NCBI GenBank assembly: GCA_000433915.1
Contig: HF993646.1
Location: 69,357-133,356, forward strand
DNA length: 64,000 nucleotides
Direction of reading: 5' to 3'
Origin: Clostridium sp. CAG:793
GTDB lineage: Bacteria; Bacillota; Clostridia; TANB77; CAG-508
Positions 11,153-20,195 of the stretch are shown in pieces. Positions within the stretch are counted from its first letter, which is position 1, and each line of letters opens with the position of its first letter. Below the pieces are notes generated by a model. The model had not been told where the DNA came from. It saw only the letters and a program-made list of their open reading frames with translations, and ran no database searches. The position numbers and the translations under genes were made by a program.

Positions 11153-11929
11153 ATGAAAAAAGATAAAGTTATATATTATCATGATGAATTAAATGATGAT
11201 TTTGAGGGAAAAAATATTACTCCAATAAAGATTGATGGAAATTATAAATATATTCATAAAAATCTATTATGGAATTTATCAGCAGCAATTTTATATAGAG
11301 GAATATTAACTCCTGCTTGCTGGTTATATGGTAAGATAAAGTTTGGCTTAAAAATTGAAAATAAAGAAATTTTAAAATTGTGTAAGAATTCTGGATATTT
11401 CCTATATATTAACCATACTCAGGACTTGCTTGATGTAATGACACCTACATTTGTAGGATTTCCAAAAAGAGCATTTGTGATTGCACACCCTTCAAATGTA
11501 TCAATGAGAGGATTAAAAACAATTATTAGAATGCTTGGTGCGTTGCCAATTCCAGGAGATATGGCAAGCAGTAGAAATTTTATGAATGCTATACAGCAGA
11601 AAATAAACAATAAAAATGTAATTGCAATATATCCAGAAGCACATGTATGGCCATATTATACTAAGGTACGTCCTTTTAAATCAACGTCTTTCGGGTATCC
11701 TGTTGAATTTGATGCACCTGTATTTTCTGTTACAATTACGTATCAAAAAAGGAAATATAGAAAAGAACCTAAAATAGTTGAATACATTGATGGACCATTT
11801 TTCCCAGACAATTCATTAAGCAAAAAAAATGCCAAGGAAAAGCTTAGAAATGAAATTTATAATAAGATGGTCGAAAGAAGCAATAATAGTAATATTGAGG
11901 TAATAAAATATATAAAAGAAACAGAGTAA
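11153..11929 (+). CDS. lysophospholipid (PlsC-family) acyltransferase
   Basis: NHTQDLLD box and YPEAHVW block typical of 1-acyl-sn-glycerol-3-phosphate acyltransferases. Confidence 0.65.
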   Translation: MKKDKVIYYHDELNDDFEGKNITPIKIDGNYKYIHKNLLWNLSAAILYRGILTPACWLYGKIKFGLKIENKEILKLCKNSGYFLYINHTQDLLDVMTPTFVGFPKRAFVIAHPSNVSMRGLKTIIRMLGALPIPGDMASSRNFMNAIQQKINNKNVIAIYPEAHVWPYYTKVRPFKSTSFGYPVEFDAPVFSVTITYQKRKYRKEPKIVEYIDGPFFPDNSLSKKNAKEKLRNEIYNKMVERSNNSNIEVIKYIKETE

Positions 11930-11932
11930 AAA

Positions 11933-12805
11933 ATGAAAGGAAAAGATATGATAAATATAGAGCTATGTGGAAACAGGAAAGTTTACGATGGAATGCTTAT
12001 GTCACTTTTATCAATTATAAAAAATACAAATGAAGAGTTAAATGTATATGTGTTAACAATGGATCTTCATGAACTTGATGAAAGATTTGTTCCAATAACA
12101 GATGAACAGATTGAAACATTGAATAAAGTAGTAAAGACCAAGAACGAACTAAGCAAGGTTCAAAAAATTGATATAACAAAAAAATTTAAAAGTGAAATGT
12201 TACATGGCAAAAATATGAAAACACATTATACGCCATACATATTTGTACGATTATTTAGCGATGTGATTGAAGAATTACCAGATAAAATATTGTATATTGA
12301 TACAGATATAATTTGTTATAAGGATATAAAAGAGTTATTTGACATAGACATATCACAATATGAGTTAGCTGTTGCAACAGACTGTATTGGTAGAAAGGCA
12401 ATAAATAAAAAATACATGAACTCAGGTGTAATTCTAATGAACTTAAAAAGAATTAGAAAAACTGAAAGTTTTGAAAAGGCAAGGGAAATGTGCAATAATA
12501 AGTGGATGATGATGCCTGATCAGTCTGCAATATATAGGTGTTGCAAGGAAAAATTATATTTACCTGATAAATATAATGAACAAAAAGCTCGCAAAGAAGA
12601 TACAGTTATAAGACATTTTAGCATGACAATTAGATGGCTACCAATATTTCATCTTGTAAATATTAAGCCTTGGAATGTTGAAAAAGTTCATGAAAAATAT
12701 CATATCTTTGATTATGAAGATATAATTGAGCAATATAATGACATACAATCTGGAAAAGAACCAGAAGAAGTTTTAAAAAAATATAAAATAGCAGAAAAAG
12801 TGTAA
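11933..12805 (+). CDS. glycosyltransferase family 8
   Basis: YIDTDIIC (DxD) and NSGVILMNL motifs. Confidence 0.75.
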   Translation: MKGKDMINIELCGNRKVYDGMLMSLLSIIKNTNEELNVYVLTMDLHELDERFVPITDEQIETLNKVVKTKNELSKVQKIDITKKFKSEMLHGKNMKTHYTPYIFVRLFSDVIEELPDKILYIDTDIICYKDIKELFDIDISQYELAVATDCIGRKAINKKYMNSGVILMNLKRIRKTESFEKAREMCNNKWMMMPDQSAIYRCCKEKLYLPDKYNEQKARKEDTVIRHFSMTIRWLPIFHLVNIKPWNVEKVHEKYHIFDYEDIIEQYNDIQSGKEPEEVLKKYKIAEKV

Positions 12806-12822
12806 ATTAGGAGGAATATTTT

Positions 12823-13773
12823 ATGAAACAGGAAATACCAATATTTTTCTCAGCAGATGATAATTACATACCATGTTTATCAGTTGCTTTAAAATCATTA
12901 GAGGAGAATGTAAGTGATGAAAACAATTATAAGGTCATTGTTTTACATACAGGAATGACTGATGAAGGAAAAAATGCTATAAAAGAAATGGAAACATATA
13001 ATGTAAAAGTTGATTTTTTTGACATAACGGAAATAACTAAAAATATGGGAGAAGAGTTATTACTAAGATGTAGAGATTACTATTCTCCAACTATATATTA
13101 TAGAATGTTTATACCATCATTGTTTCCTCAATATGATAAAGCTCTTTACTTAGATTCAGATATTGTAATTAGAGATGACATTGCTAAATTGTATAACACA
13201 GAACTTGGAAATAACTACGTTGGAGCTATAACAGATGCTGTTGCAAATAGCTGCCCTGAATTAGTTGAATATGTTGTTAAAAATCTAGGACTTAATGATG
13301 GAAAAGAATACTTTAATTCTGGAGTTTTAGTAATGAATTTAAAGGCTATGAGAGATGCTAAGATAAAAGAAAAATTTGTTTATTTATTGATGAATTACAA
13401 TCTTGATACAATAGCTCCTGACCAAGATTATCTAAATTTATTCTGCAAAGGAAAAGTAATATACATACCTGAAACATGGGATAAAATGCCTGACTTTGGA
13501 GAGCCTATTCCGGTTCAAGAATTACATTTAATACACTATAATATGTTTAGAAAACCATGGCTATATGAGGATGTGCCTTATGCAGCTGAATTTTGGAAAT
13601 ATGCTAATATGACACCATATTTTGAAGAACTACAATTAAAATTAAAGAATTATACTGATACTGAGAAAGCTCGTGATGCTGGAGCAGGAGAAATTATGGT
13701 TAAACGTGCATTAGATATAATAGAAAAGCCTCAAAAATTTATAGATGTATTACATACAGTTGAGAACATGTAA
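12823..13773 (+). CDS. glycosyltransferase family 8
   Basis: YLDSDIVI (DxD) and FNSGVLVMNL motifs; paralogous to the preceding gene. Confidence 0.8.
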   Translation: MKQEIPIFFSADDNYIPCLSVALKSLEENVSDENNYKVIVLHTGMTDEGKNAIKEMETYNVKVDFFDITEITKNMGEELLLRCRDYYSPTIYYRMFIPSLFPQYDKALYLDSDIVIRDDIAKLYNTELGNNYVGAITDAVANSCPELVEYVVKNLGLNDGKEYFNSGVLVMNLKAMRDAKIKEKFVYLLMNYNLDTIAPDQDYLNLFCKGKVIYIPETWDKMPDFGEPIPVQELHLIHYNMFRKPWLYEDVPYAAEFWKYANMTPYFEELQLKLKNYTDTEKARDAGAGEIMVKRALDIIEKPQKFIDVLHTVENM

Positions 13774-13794
13774 AGTATTCTAAAGGGGAATTTA

Positions 13795-14652
13795 ATGAAA
13801 AAAAGTGAAGATAGATTAAAGGTTATTGAAAATATTAAAGCTGCAACAGAAAGAGGAGACTTAAACTGCAAAGTTGAAATTGGGGATCCGACAAACATTG
13901 ATATGGAAACTGTACTTAACTTTGATGTTATGAGGCAGCAACCAATAAATAAAATAAAAAAAATAATTGCAACAAAAATTGCTAATGAATATACTAAGAT
14001 TTTTAATAGAGATACTGAAATAGTTGGCCTTGAAAATGTAAAAGGAATTAGAACAGGAGCTATTATTACATGCAATCATTTTAGTCCACAAGATAGTACA
14101 GTTATAAGGTATTTTACTAATAAAATTCATAAAAAACATAAATTAGACATTATAATAGAAGAAAGCAATATATTTATGACTGGACAGTTCGGTTTCTTAA
14201 TGAATAATTGTGGCACAATTCCAATAAGCCAAAGTAAACAATATATTTCTCAAAGCTTTATGCCTGCTATGGAATATTATTTGAAAAAAAGACATTTTAT
14301 ATTAATATATCCAGAAGAAGAAATGTGGTTTAATTATAGAAAACCTCGTCCATTTAAGATTGGAGCATACCATATTGCAGTAAAGAATGATGTACCAATT
14401 ATATCATGCTTTATTGAAATGAAAGAAATACCTGGGGAATATGATGAAAATGGATTTAATAGATTAAAATATATATTACACATACTGCCTACAATATATC
14501 CTGACCAAGATAAAGATTATCAAGAAGCAAAAAAAGAGATGATGAACAAGGATTTTGAACAGAAGAAGGAATGTTATGAAAGAGTATATAATAAAAAATT
14601 AACTTATGATTTTTCAGAAGAAGATATAGCTGGATTAAAAGAAGATGAGTAG
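13795..14652 (+). CDS. lysophospholipid (PlsC-family) acyltransferase
   Basis: HX4D box (NHFSPQD) and YPEEEMW block. Confidence 0.7.
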   Translation: MKKSEDRLKVIENIKAATERGDLNCKVEIGDPTNIDMETVLNFDVMRQQPINKIKKIIATKIANEYTKIFNRDTEIVGLENVKGIRTGAIITCNHFSPQDSTVIRYFTNKIHKKHKLDIIIEESNIFMTGQFGFLMNNCGTIPISQSKQYISQSFMPAMEYYLKKRHFILIYPEEEMWFNYRKPRPFKIGAYHIAVKNDVPIISCFIEMKEIPGEYDENGFNRLKYILHILPTIYPDQDKDYQEAKKEMMNKDFEQKKECYERVYNKKLTYDFSEEDIAGLKEDE

Positions 14653-14694
14653 AATTTAAGTATTAGTTACATAATGGACACAATTTTAATATAT

Positions 14695-14728
14695 AATCTC
14701 TCCTAGATAAGGAGGGATTATTATTTTT
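14695..14728 (+). terminator. intrinsic terminator after the acyltransferase/GT8 cluster
   Basis: Stem AATCTCTCC/GGAGGGATT followed by a T-run. Confidence 0.65.
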
Positions 14729-14788
14729 AGATTAGAATCAATAGAAAGCGTTAATATAAATGTAAATAATGCAGAAGATGAAGAAATT

Positions 14789-15436
14789 TTGGAGATTAAT
14801 GATATATTTGACAAAGATATATTAGAAAGAACTATAGATATAGGAAATGAAAATTTTAGAGATATAATTTATGTGTATACACTAGCTCTTAAAGAAATGC
14901 TTAAGAGAATCGAAATTATTCAAAAAGATTATGAATATTTTAATGAACATACTTCAATAGATCATATAATGAATAGGATAAAATCGCCTGATAGTATTGT
15001 TAATAAGATGAAAAAAGATAAAGTTGGTTTAAACTATAAGGCAATGATTGATAATGTGAATGATATTGCTGGAATACGTGTGATTTGTCCACTAAAAAGC
15101 GATGTATTTACTGTAAGGAAATATTTAAGAGAATTTAATGATATAGAAGTAATAAAAGAAAAAGATTATGTAACACATCCAAAGCCAAGTGGATATACTA
15201 GTTATCACATGATATTAAAAGTTCCTGTTTATATTAAAGATAGAGCAATAAAGGTAAAAGTTGAAGTTCAGATAAGGAGCTTAGCAATGGACTTTTGGGC
15301 TAGTTTGGAACACAAAATAAAATATAAACCAAATGGAGAAATAAATGAAGAAGTATCAAAAGAATTAATTAAATGTGCAAGAGACATAAATAAATTGGAC
15401 AATAAAATGGTTAAATTATTTAAAAGTAAGACGTAA
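14789..15436 (+). CDS. small alarmone synthetase (RelA/SpoT-domain GTP pyrophosphokinase)
   Basis: About 215 aa with RIKSPDSIVNKM, DIAGIRVIC, GYTSYH and EVQIRSLAMDFWA blocks typical of RelQ/RelP. TTG start. Confidence 0.85.
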   Translation: MEINDIFDKDILERTIDIGNENFRDIIYVYTLALKEMLKRIEIIQKDYEYFNEHTSIDHIMNRIKSPDSIVNKMKKDKVGLNYKAMIDNVNDIAGIRVICPLKSDVFTVRKYLREFNDIEVIKEKDYVTHPKPSGYTSYHMILKVPVYIKDRAIKVKVEVQIRSLAMDFWASLEHKIKYKPNGEINEEVSKELIKCARDINKLDNKMVKLFKSKT

Positions 15437-15474
15437 ATTCATTGATTTTATAACAAAATAGCATATTAAAGACC

Positions 15475-15528
15475 GAACAAAAATTTTTCAAACTTTTGTT
15501 TGACAAACAAAATCATTTATGATATATT
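15475..15528 (+). promoter_or_regulatory. lexA promoter with two SOS (LexA) boxes
   Basis: GAACAAAAATTT (15475-15486) and AAACTTTTGTTT (15490-15501) abut TTGACA, 17-bp spacer, TATATT. Confidence 0.6.
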
Positions 15529-15575
15529 AATATTGTCATAGTATTGGAAAATGAGAGAATATAAGGAGGTCTTTT

Positions 15576-16253
15576 ATGAATAAATCTAGGAGAGATGAAA
15601 ATGGATTAAATAAAAGAGAAAGGGCTATCCTGAAATATATTGAAAAAGAGATTATATATAAAGGATATGCACCATCTGTTAGAGAGATTTGTAAAGCTGT
15701 AGGATTAAATTCAACGGCAACTGTTCAAGGTTATTTAACAGTATTAGAGGAAAGAGGATTTATAAAAAAAGAGAGTCAGAAGGGAAGAACACTTAGACTA
15801 CTTAAGAACTCTAAAGGCGATGATGTAATAAGTGAAAAAGATGGAATTTTAAGTACAAAGCAGTATTATAGCAATAAGGAAATGGTTAATATTCCTGTAA
15901 TAGGTAAGATTACCGCTGGTCAACCAATATTAGCTGTTGAAAATATAACAGATACATTTCCTATACCACTTGATTTTGTTGGAAATTCAGAGTGCTTCAT
16001 GTTAACTGTTAGAGGAGAAAGTATGATTGAAGCGGGAATATTAGATGGTGACTATATATTAGTTAAAAGACAAAATACTGCGGAAAATGGTACTATTGTT
16101 GTAGCTCTTATAGATGATGAAGCAACAGTTAAGACTTTCTATAAAGAAGATGGATATATTAGATTGCAACCAGAAAATAGTACAATGGATCCGATAATCG
16201 TACCTGATTGCAAGATACTAGGTAGAGTTGCTGGTGTATTCAGAAGAATGTAA
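15576..16253 (+). CDS. lexA: LexA repressor
   Basis: wHTH N-terminus, Ala-Gly cleavage site (KITAGQP), S24 peptidase Ser (RGESM) and Lys. Confidence 0.95.
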   Translation: MNKSRRDENGLNKRERAILKYIEKEIIYKGYAPSVREICKAVGLNSTATVQGYLTVLEERGFIKKESQKGRTLRLLKNSKGDDVISEKDGILSTKQYYSNKEMVNIPVIGKITAGQPILAVENITDTFPIPLDFVGNSECFMLTVRGESMIEAGILDGDYILVKRQNTAENGTIVVALIDDEATVKTFYKEDGYIRLQPENSTMDPIIVPDCKILGRVAGVFRRM

Positions 16254-16303
16254 ATAAGCTAAAGATAAATATAAAATAGAGGATGACATTATGGAGTAAT
16301 AAT

Positions 16304-16789
16304 ATGAAGAAATTTTTTAAATATTTTTTAGCGTTTGTAATTGTATATGTTTTAGTAGATATAAGTACATATTTTATTTTAAAATCAACCTATTTGACAA
16401 GAAATTATTCTATTGAGATAGAAAATAATAGTCCAGAAGTTAGTATAACTGAGGCAAAATGTACTAATGTTAATGGATATATAAAAGGTGTTATAAAAAA
16501 TACAACAGGAAGCAATATTCAGAATAAAAGTTTGAAAATAGATTGCTTTAGTAAGCATGGAGTAAATGTTGGTACTAAATATGTAAGAATTGATGAGCTA
16601 GGCAATGGAAATAACATGAACTTTGAATCAAAGTTTAATTATGATAATGTTGATAACTTTAAAATAAGTATAGTGGACGCACCATCTTTACAAGGAGTAA
16701 AGAGCAGTGAATTTGAATGGGACGATTTGTCTAAAGATCAAGTTAATTTGTTCATAATACTTGGAGCAATTATATTTGCAATTTTCTAA
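16304..16789 (+). CDS. hypothetical membrane-anchored protein
   Basis: The ATG at 16304 follows GGAG. TM segments at both the N- and C-termini. No recognisable domain. Confidence 0.6.
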   Translation: MKKFFKYFLAFVIVYVLVDISTYFILKSTYLTRNYSIEIENNSPEVSITEAKCTNVNGYIKGVIKNTTGSNIQNKSLKIDCFSKHGVNVGTKYVRIDELGNGNNMNFESKFNYDNVDNFKISIVDAPSLQGVKSSEFEWDDLSKDQVNLFIILGAIIFAIF

Positions 16790-16822
16790 AAAAATAAACC
16801 ACGATTTTGTGGTTTATTTTTT
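16790..16822. terminator. bidirectional intrinsic terminator
   Basis: Stem AAACCAC/GTGGTTT flanked by A-run and T-run, between convergent genes. Confidence 0.75.
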
Positions 16823-17381
16823 ATTCGACTTTCTTTTTATTAGCTAAATCTTGTTTAGTTAAAAGCTCATAGCAATTTCTACATAAAGCTAGATATTGTC
16901 TATCTCCAATAACAATGTCAGTATCTTTTCCGCCTTTATAATATGTAAGAACTGCATTTTCATTTTTGCAATTATCACATATTGCTGTTAACATATTTAC
17001 ATTATCTGCAATGCAAAGTAAATCAGCCATTTTGCCAAAAGGCTTTTTTTCAGCAGTTAAATTAAGACCAGCAATAAAGAATTTTTTTCCTTCACTAGCC
17101 ATTTCTTCGATTGTTTTAACATTTCCTTTTAAAAATTGAAATTCATCAATGCAATAAACATCTGCATCATATTTTTCTAAATCAGAAATTTTGTAAATAG
17201 AAGTTGCTGGAATATCAATACCATTTCTAGATGCTACTACATCACGACCAGCTCTTGTATCAATGGTTGGTTTAAACATTTTTACTTTTTTACCAGCGAT
17301 TAATTGTCTTTTGTATTCATTAAGAATTTGTTGAGTTTTGCCACATTTCATTGGTCCAGAATATACATTTATGTCACCCAT
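16821..17381 (-). CDS. tdk: thymidine kinase
   Basis: P-loop GPMKCGKT and C-terminal CxxC...CxxC zinc ribbon, 186 aa. Confidence 0.95.
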   Translation of the reverse strand: MGDINVYSGPMKCGKTQQILNEYKRQLIAGKKVKMFKPTIDTRAGRDVVASRNGIDIPATSIYKISDLEKYDADVYCIDEFQFLKGNVKTIEEMASEGKKFFIAGLNLTAEKKPFGKMADLLCIADNVNMLTAICDNCKNENAVLTYYKGGKDTDIVIGDRQYLALCRNCYELLTKQDLANKKKVE

Positions 17382-17535
17382 TTTATTTCTCCTTTTTTTG
17401 CTACCACACTATGATAATACAAGAGACTAAAAGTATCAATACATTTTTGGAAAAAAATATTTTTGTAATATTGTTGTAAAATATACATATAAATGATAAA
17501 ATAAAGCTGAAAAAATTAGCCGGAGGTTATGTTTT

Positions 17536-18492
17536 TTGAAAGAGTTAGAAGATTTACTCGGAAGAGAGAATATAAAGTATAATGAACCAATGTATAAGCA
17601 TACAAGTTTTAAAGTTGGCGGTCCAGCAGACATGTTTGTTTGTGTTAATACTATTGAAAAATTGAAAAAAACAATTCAGATTGCTAAAAGTGAAGGAATA
17701 CCTTATATCATTGTTGGAAATGGTTCTAATATATTGGTTAGTGACTATGGCATTGATGGAATGGTAATTAGATACAATAACAATGATGTAGAAATTGATG
17801 AGGATTTCGGAAAAAATAACAAGCAAAAATATGAAGATAGCAAATTATTATATATAAATGATGAAAATGCAGTAAAAATGACTTGCGGAGCAGGAGCCTT
17901 AAATGGAGCTTTAGCATATAAATGCTTTAATAATTCAATAACTGGTTTTGAATTTGCAGGAGGTATACCAGGAACTATTGGTGGAGCTGTATATATGAAT
18001 GCAGGAGCTTTTGGAGGAGAGATGAGTCAGATTGTATCTAAAGTAAAGATAATGGATTTAGATACATTGCAGATTAAGATATTGACCAATCTAGATATTG
18101 GTTTTTCATACAGACACTCAATATTTCAAAATATGAAATGTGTTATACTAGAAGTAGAACTTATAATGGGACAAGATGATAAAGTTGCTATTGGAAATAG
18201 ATATCAAGAGATAAAGAAAAAGAGATTTGAGACACAACCATTAAATGTGCCAAGTGCAGGAAGCATATTTAAAAGAGGAGAAGATTTTATACCAGCTAAA
18301 TTAATAGATGAGGCAGGATTAAAAGGATATACAATAGGCGGAGCACAGGTTTCTCCAAAACATGCAGGTTTTATTGTAAATACAGGAGAAGCATCGACTA
18401 AAGATGTGATGGAACTTATTGAATTTATCAAAAACGAAATATACAAAAAATATGGAGTAAAACTAGAAACAGAAGTGAGGTATATACAGTAA
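17536..18492 (+). CDS. murB: UDP-N-acetylenolpyruvoylglucosamine reductase
   Basis: FAD-binding PCMH domain (FKVGGPAD, VGNGSN) and C-terminal SAGSIFK...GGAQVSPKHAGFIVN. TTG start. Confidence 0.93.
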   Translation: MKELEDLLGRENIKYNEPMYKHTSFKVGGPADMFVCVNTIEKLKKTIQIAKSEGIPYIIVGNGSNILVSDYGIDGMVIRYNNNDVEIDEDFGKNNKQKYEDSKLLYINDENAVKMTCGAGALNGALAYKCFNNSITGFEFAGGIPGTIGGAVYMNAGAFGGEMSQIVSKVKIMDLDTLQIKILTNLDIGFSYRHSIFQNMKCVILEVELIMGQDDKVAIGNRYQEIKKKRFETQPLNVPSAGSIFKRGEDFIPAKLIDEAGLKGYTIGGAQVSPKHAGFIVNTGEASTKDVMELIEFIKNEIYKKYGVKLETEVRYIQ

Positions 18493-20162
18493 TGAAAGGC
18501 TTTTTTAAATGGTTTAAATCAAGTTCAAAAATGAAGAGATGGATATTAATCATTCTAATTGGAGTTGTACTTACTTGCTATGGTATAGCAAAATTAATTG
18601 ATGCAGATACATTAGGAATAAAAGAAATTGTACAAGTTGTAATGTCATTCGTATTTGGATTTGCATCAATAGTATTAGGATTTGTATTTATGCAAAAAAG
18701 AATGCTAGAGATAATGGTTGAAGAAAGTGATACTAGAAAAGAAAAGAACAACATTAATACATTAATCTTTAATAAAAAAATATATAATCAAGGTCCTAAA
18801 ATAGTTGTTATTGGTGGTGGAAGTGGCTTAGACACAGTACTTAGAGGATTGAAACATTATACTGATAATATTACTGCAATTGTAACTGTATCAGATTATG
18901 GAGAAACACCTACTGATTCAAGAAAAGCATTGCAAACACTTCCTTTAGATGACATTAAAGGAAGTTTGATGGCACTTGCTTATGATGAGGATGAAATGAG
19001 AAGTTTGCTTGATTGCAAATTTACAGATGGAAGATTAAATACATTGTCCTTTGGAGATATTTATTTCCTTGCAATGAATAAGATTTATGGAAATTTTGCA
19101 AAATCAATAGAAAATTCAACATCAGTATTAAATATGACTGGAAAGGTTTTACCAGTTACACTTGAACCTATTAATATTTGTGCAGAACTTGAAGATGGAA
19201 CAGTAATACAAAATAGAGATAGAATACCTGAAATAGTAAGTCAAACTACTAATAAAATTAATAGAGTATTTATAAGTCCAACTAATACACGTCCTGCTCC
19301 AGGAGTAATAGAAGCTATTAATGAGGCTGATGCGATTGTAATTGGACCAGGAAGTTTATATACAAATGTTATTCCAAATTTACTTGTAAAAGGAATTGCA
19401 AAATCTATAAAAGATTCTAAAGCAATTAAAATATATGTAAGTAATATTATGACAGAAATGGGACAAACTGATGAATATACATTATCAGATCATATAAAGG
19501 CTATAATAGATTATATTGGTGAAGGAATAATTAATTATTGTATATATGATACAGGAGAAATAATTCCAGAATTTATACATAGATATAATTTAAAAGGTGC
19601 TGATATTGTATTGCCTGACACAACCAAGGCAAAAGAACTAGGAATAAGGCTAATTCAGAGAAATTTATCTAAAATTGATGGAGATTCTATAAGACATGAT
19701 TCAGATGTTATTGCTAGCACAATAATTCAACTTATATGTGATGAGCTTAAATTTGAGGATAAGCAAAATGATAGTCAATATATGATGCTTAATTCAAAAC
19801 TTAAGGAATCAAAACGTGAAATTCATAAGCGTGAAAAGAAAGAAAAAGCATTTCAAAAGTCTGGAAGGAAACAATTTGAAAGGCGTGATCCACAAATTCA
19901 AAGTAAATTTAGCTCAAAATATAAAGACAGAATTGAGTCAATAAAAGAAAGTGACGAGAAATCAAGAAAAGCAAAGAAAAGAAACAAAATGGTTACAGAA
20001 AATAAAGCTTATGATTTGCACTTTGATGATAAGTATGGAAGTGTACTTTCAAAACAGGAAACTACTCAAAATAAATTATTTGAGGCTGTTGGAAAAATTG
20101 GGATAAAAAGAAAAAGCGATATACCACATAAAGAAAATAAAGAAAAAATTTCACATTTTTAA
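18492..20162 (+). CDS. yvcK: YvcK/CofD-family gluconeogenesis factor with extra N-terminal TM helices and a Lys-rich C-terminal tail
   Basis: VVIGGGSGL and GPGSLYTNVIPNLLV motifs. Two hydrophobic helices precede the domain and a charged tail follows it. Confidence 0.85.
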   Translation: MKGFFKWFKSSSKMKRWILIILIGVVLTCYGIAKLIDADTLGIKEIVQVVMSFVFGFASIVLGFVFMQKRMLEIMVEESDTRKEKNNINTLIFNKKIYNQGPKIVVIGGGSGLDTVLRGLKHYTDNITAIVTVSDYGETPTDSRKALQTLPLDDIKGSLMALAYDEDEMRSLLDCKFTDGRLNTLSFGDIYFLAMNKIYGNFAKSIENSTSVLNMTGKVLPVTLEPINICAELEDGTVIQNRDRIPEIVSQTTNKINRVFISPTNTRPAPGVIEAINEADAIVIGPGSLYTNVIPNLLVKGIAKSIKDSKAIKIYVSNIMTEMGQTDEYTLSDHIKAIIDYIGEGIINYCIYDTGEIIPEFIHRYNLKGADIVLPDTTKAKELGIRLIQRNLSKIDGDSIRHDSDVIASTIIQLICDELKFEDKQNDSQYMMLNSKLKESKREIHKREKKEKAFQKSGRKQFERRDPQIQSKFSSKYKDRIESIKESDEKSRKAKKRNKMVTENKAYDLHFDDKYGSVLSKQETTQNKLFEAVGKIGIKRKSDIPHKENKEKISHF

Positions 20163-20195
20163 ATATACATAGGAAAAGATTATAGGAGAAATCAA

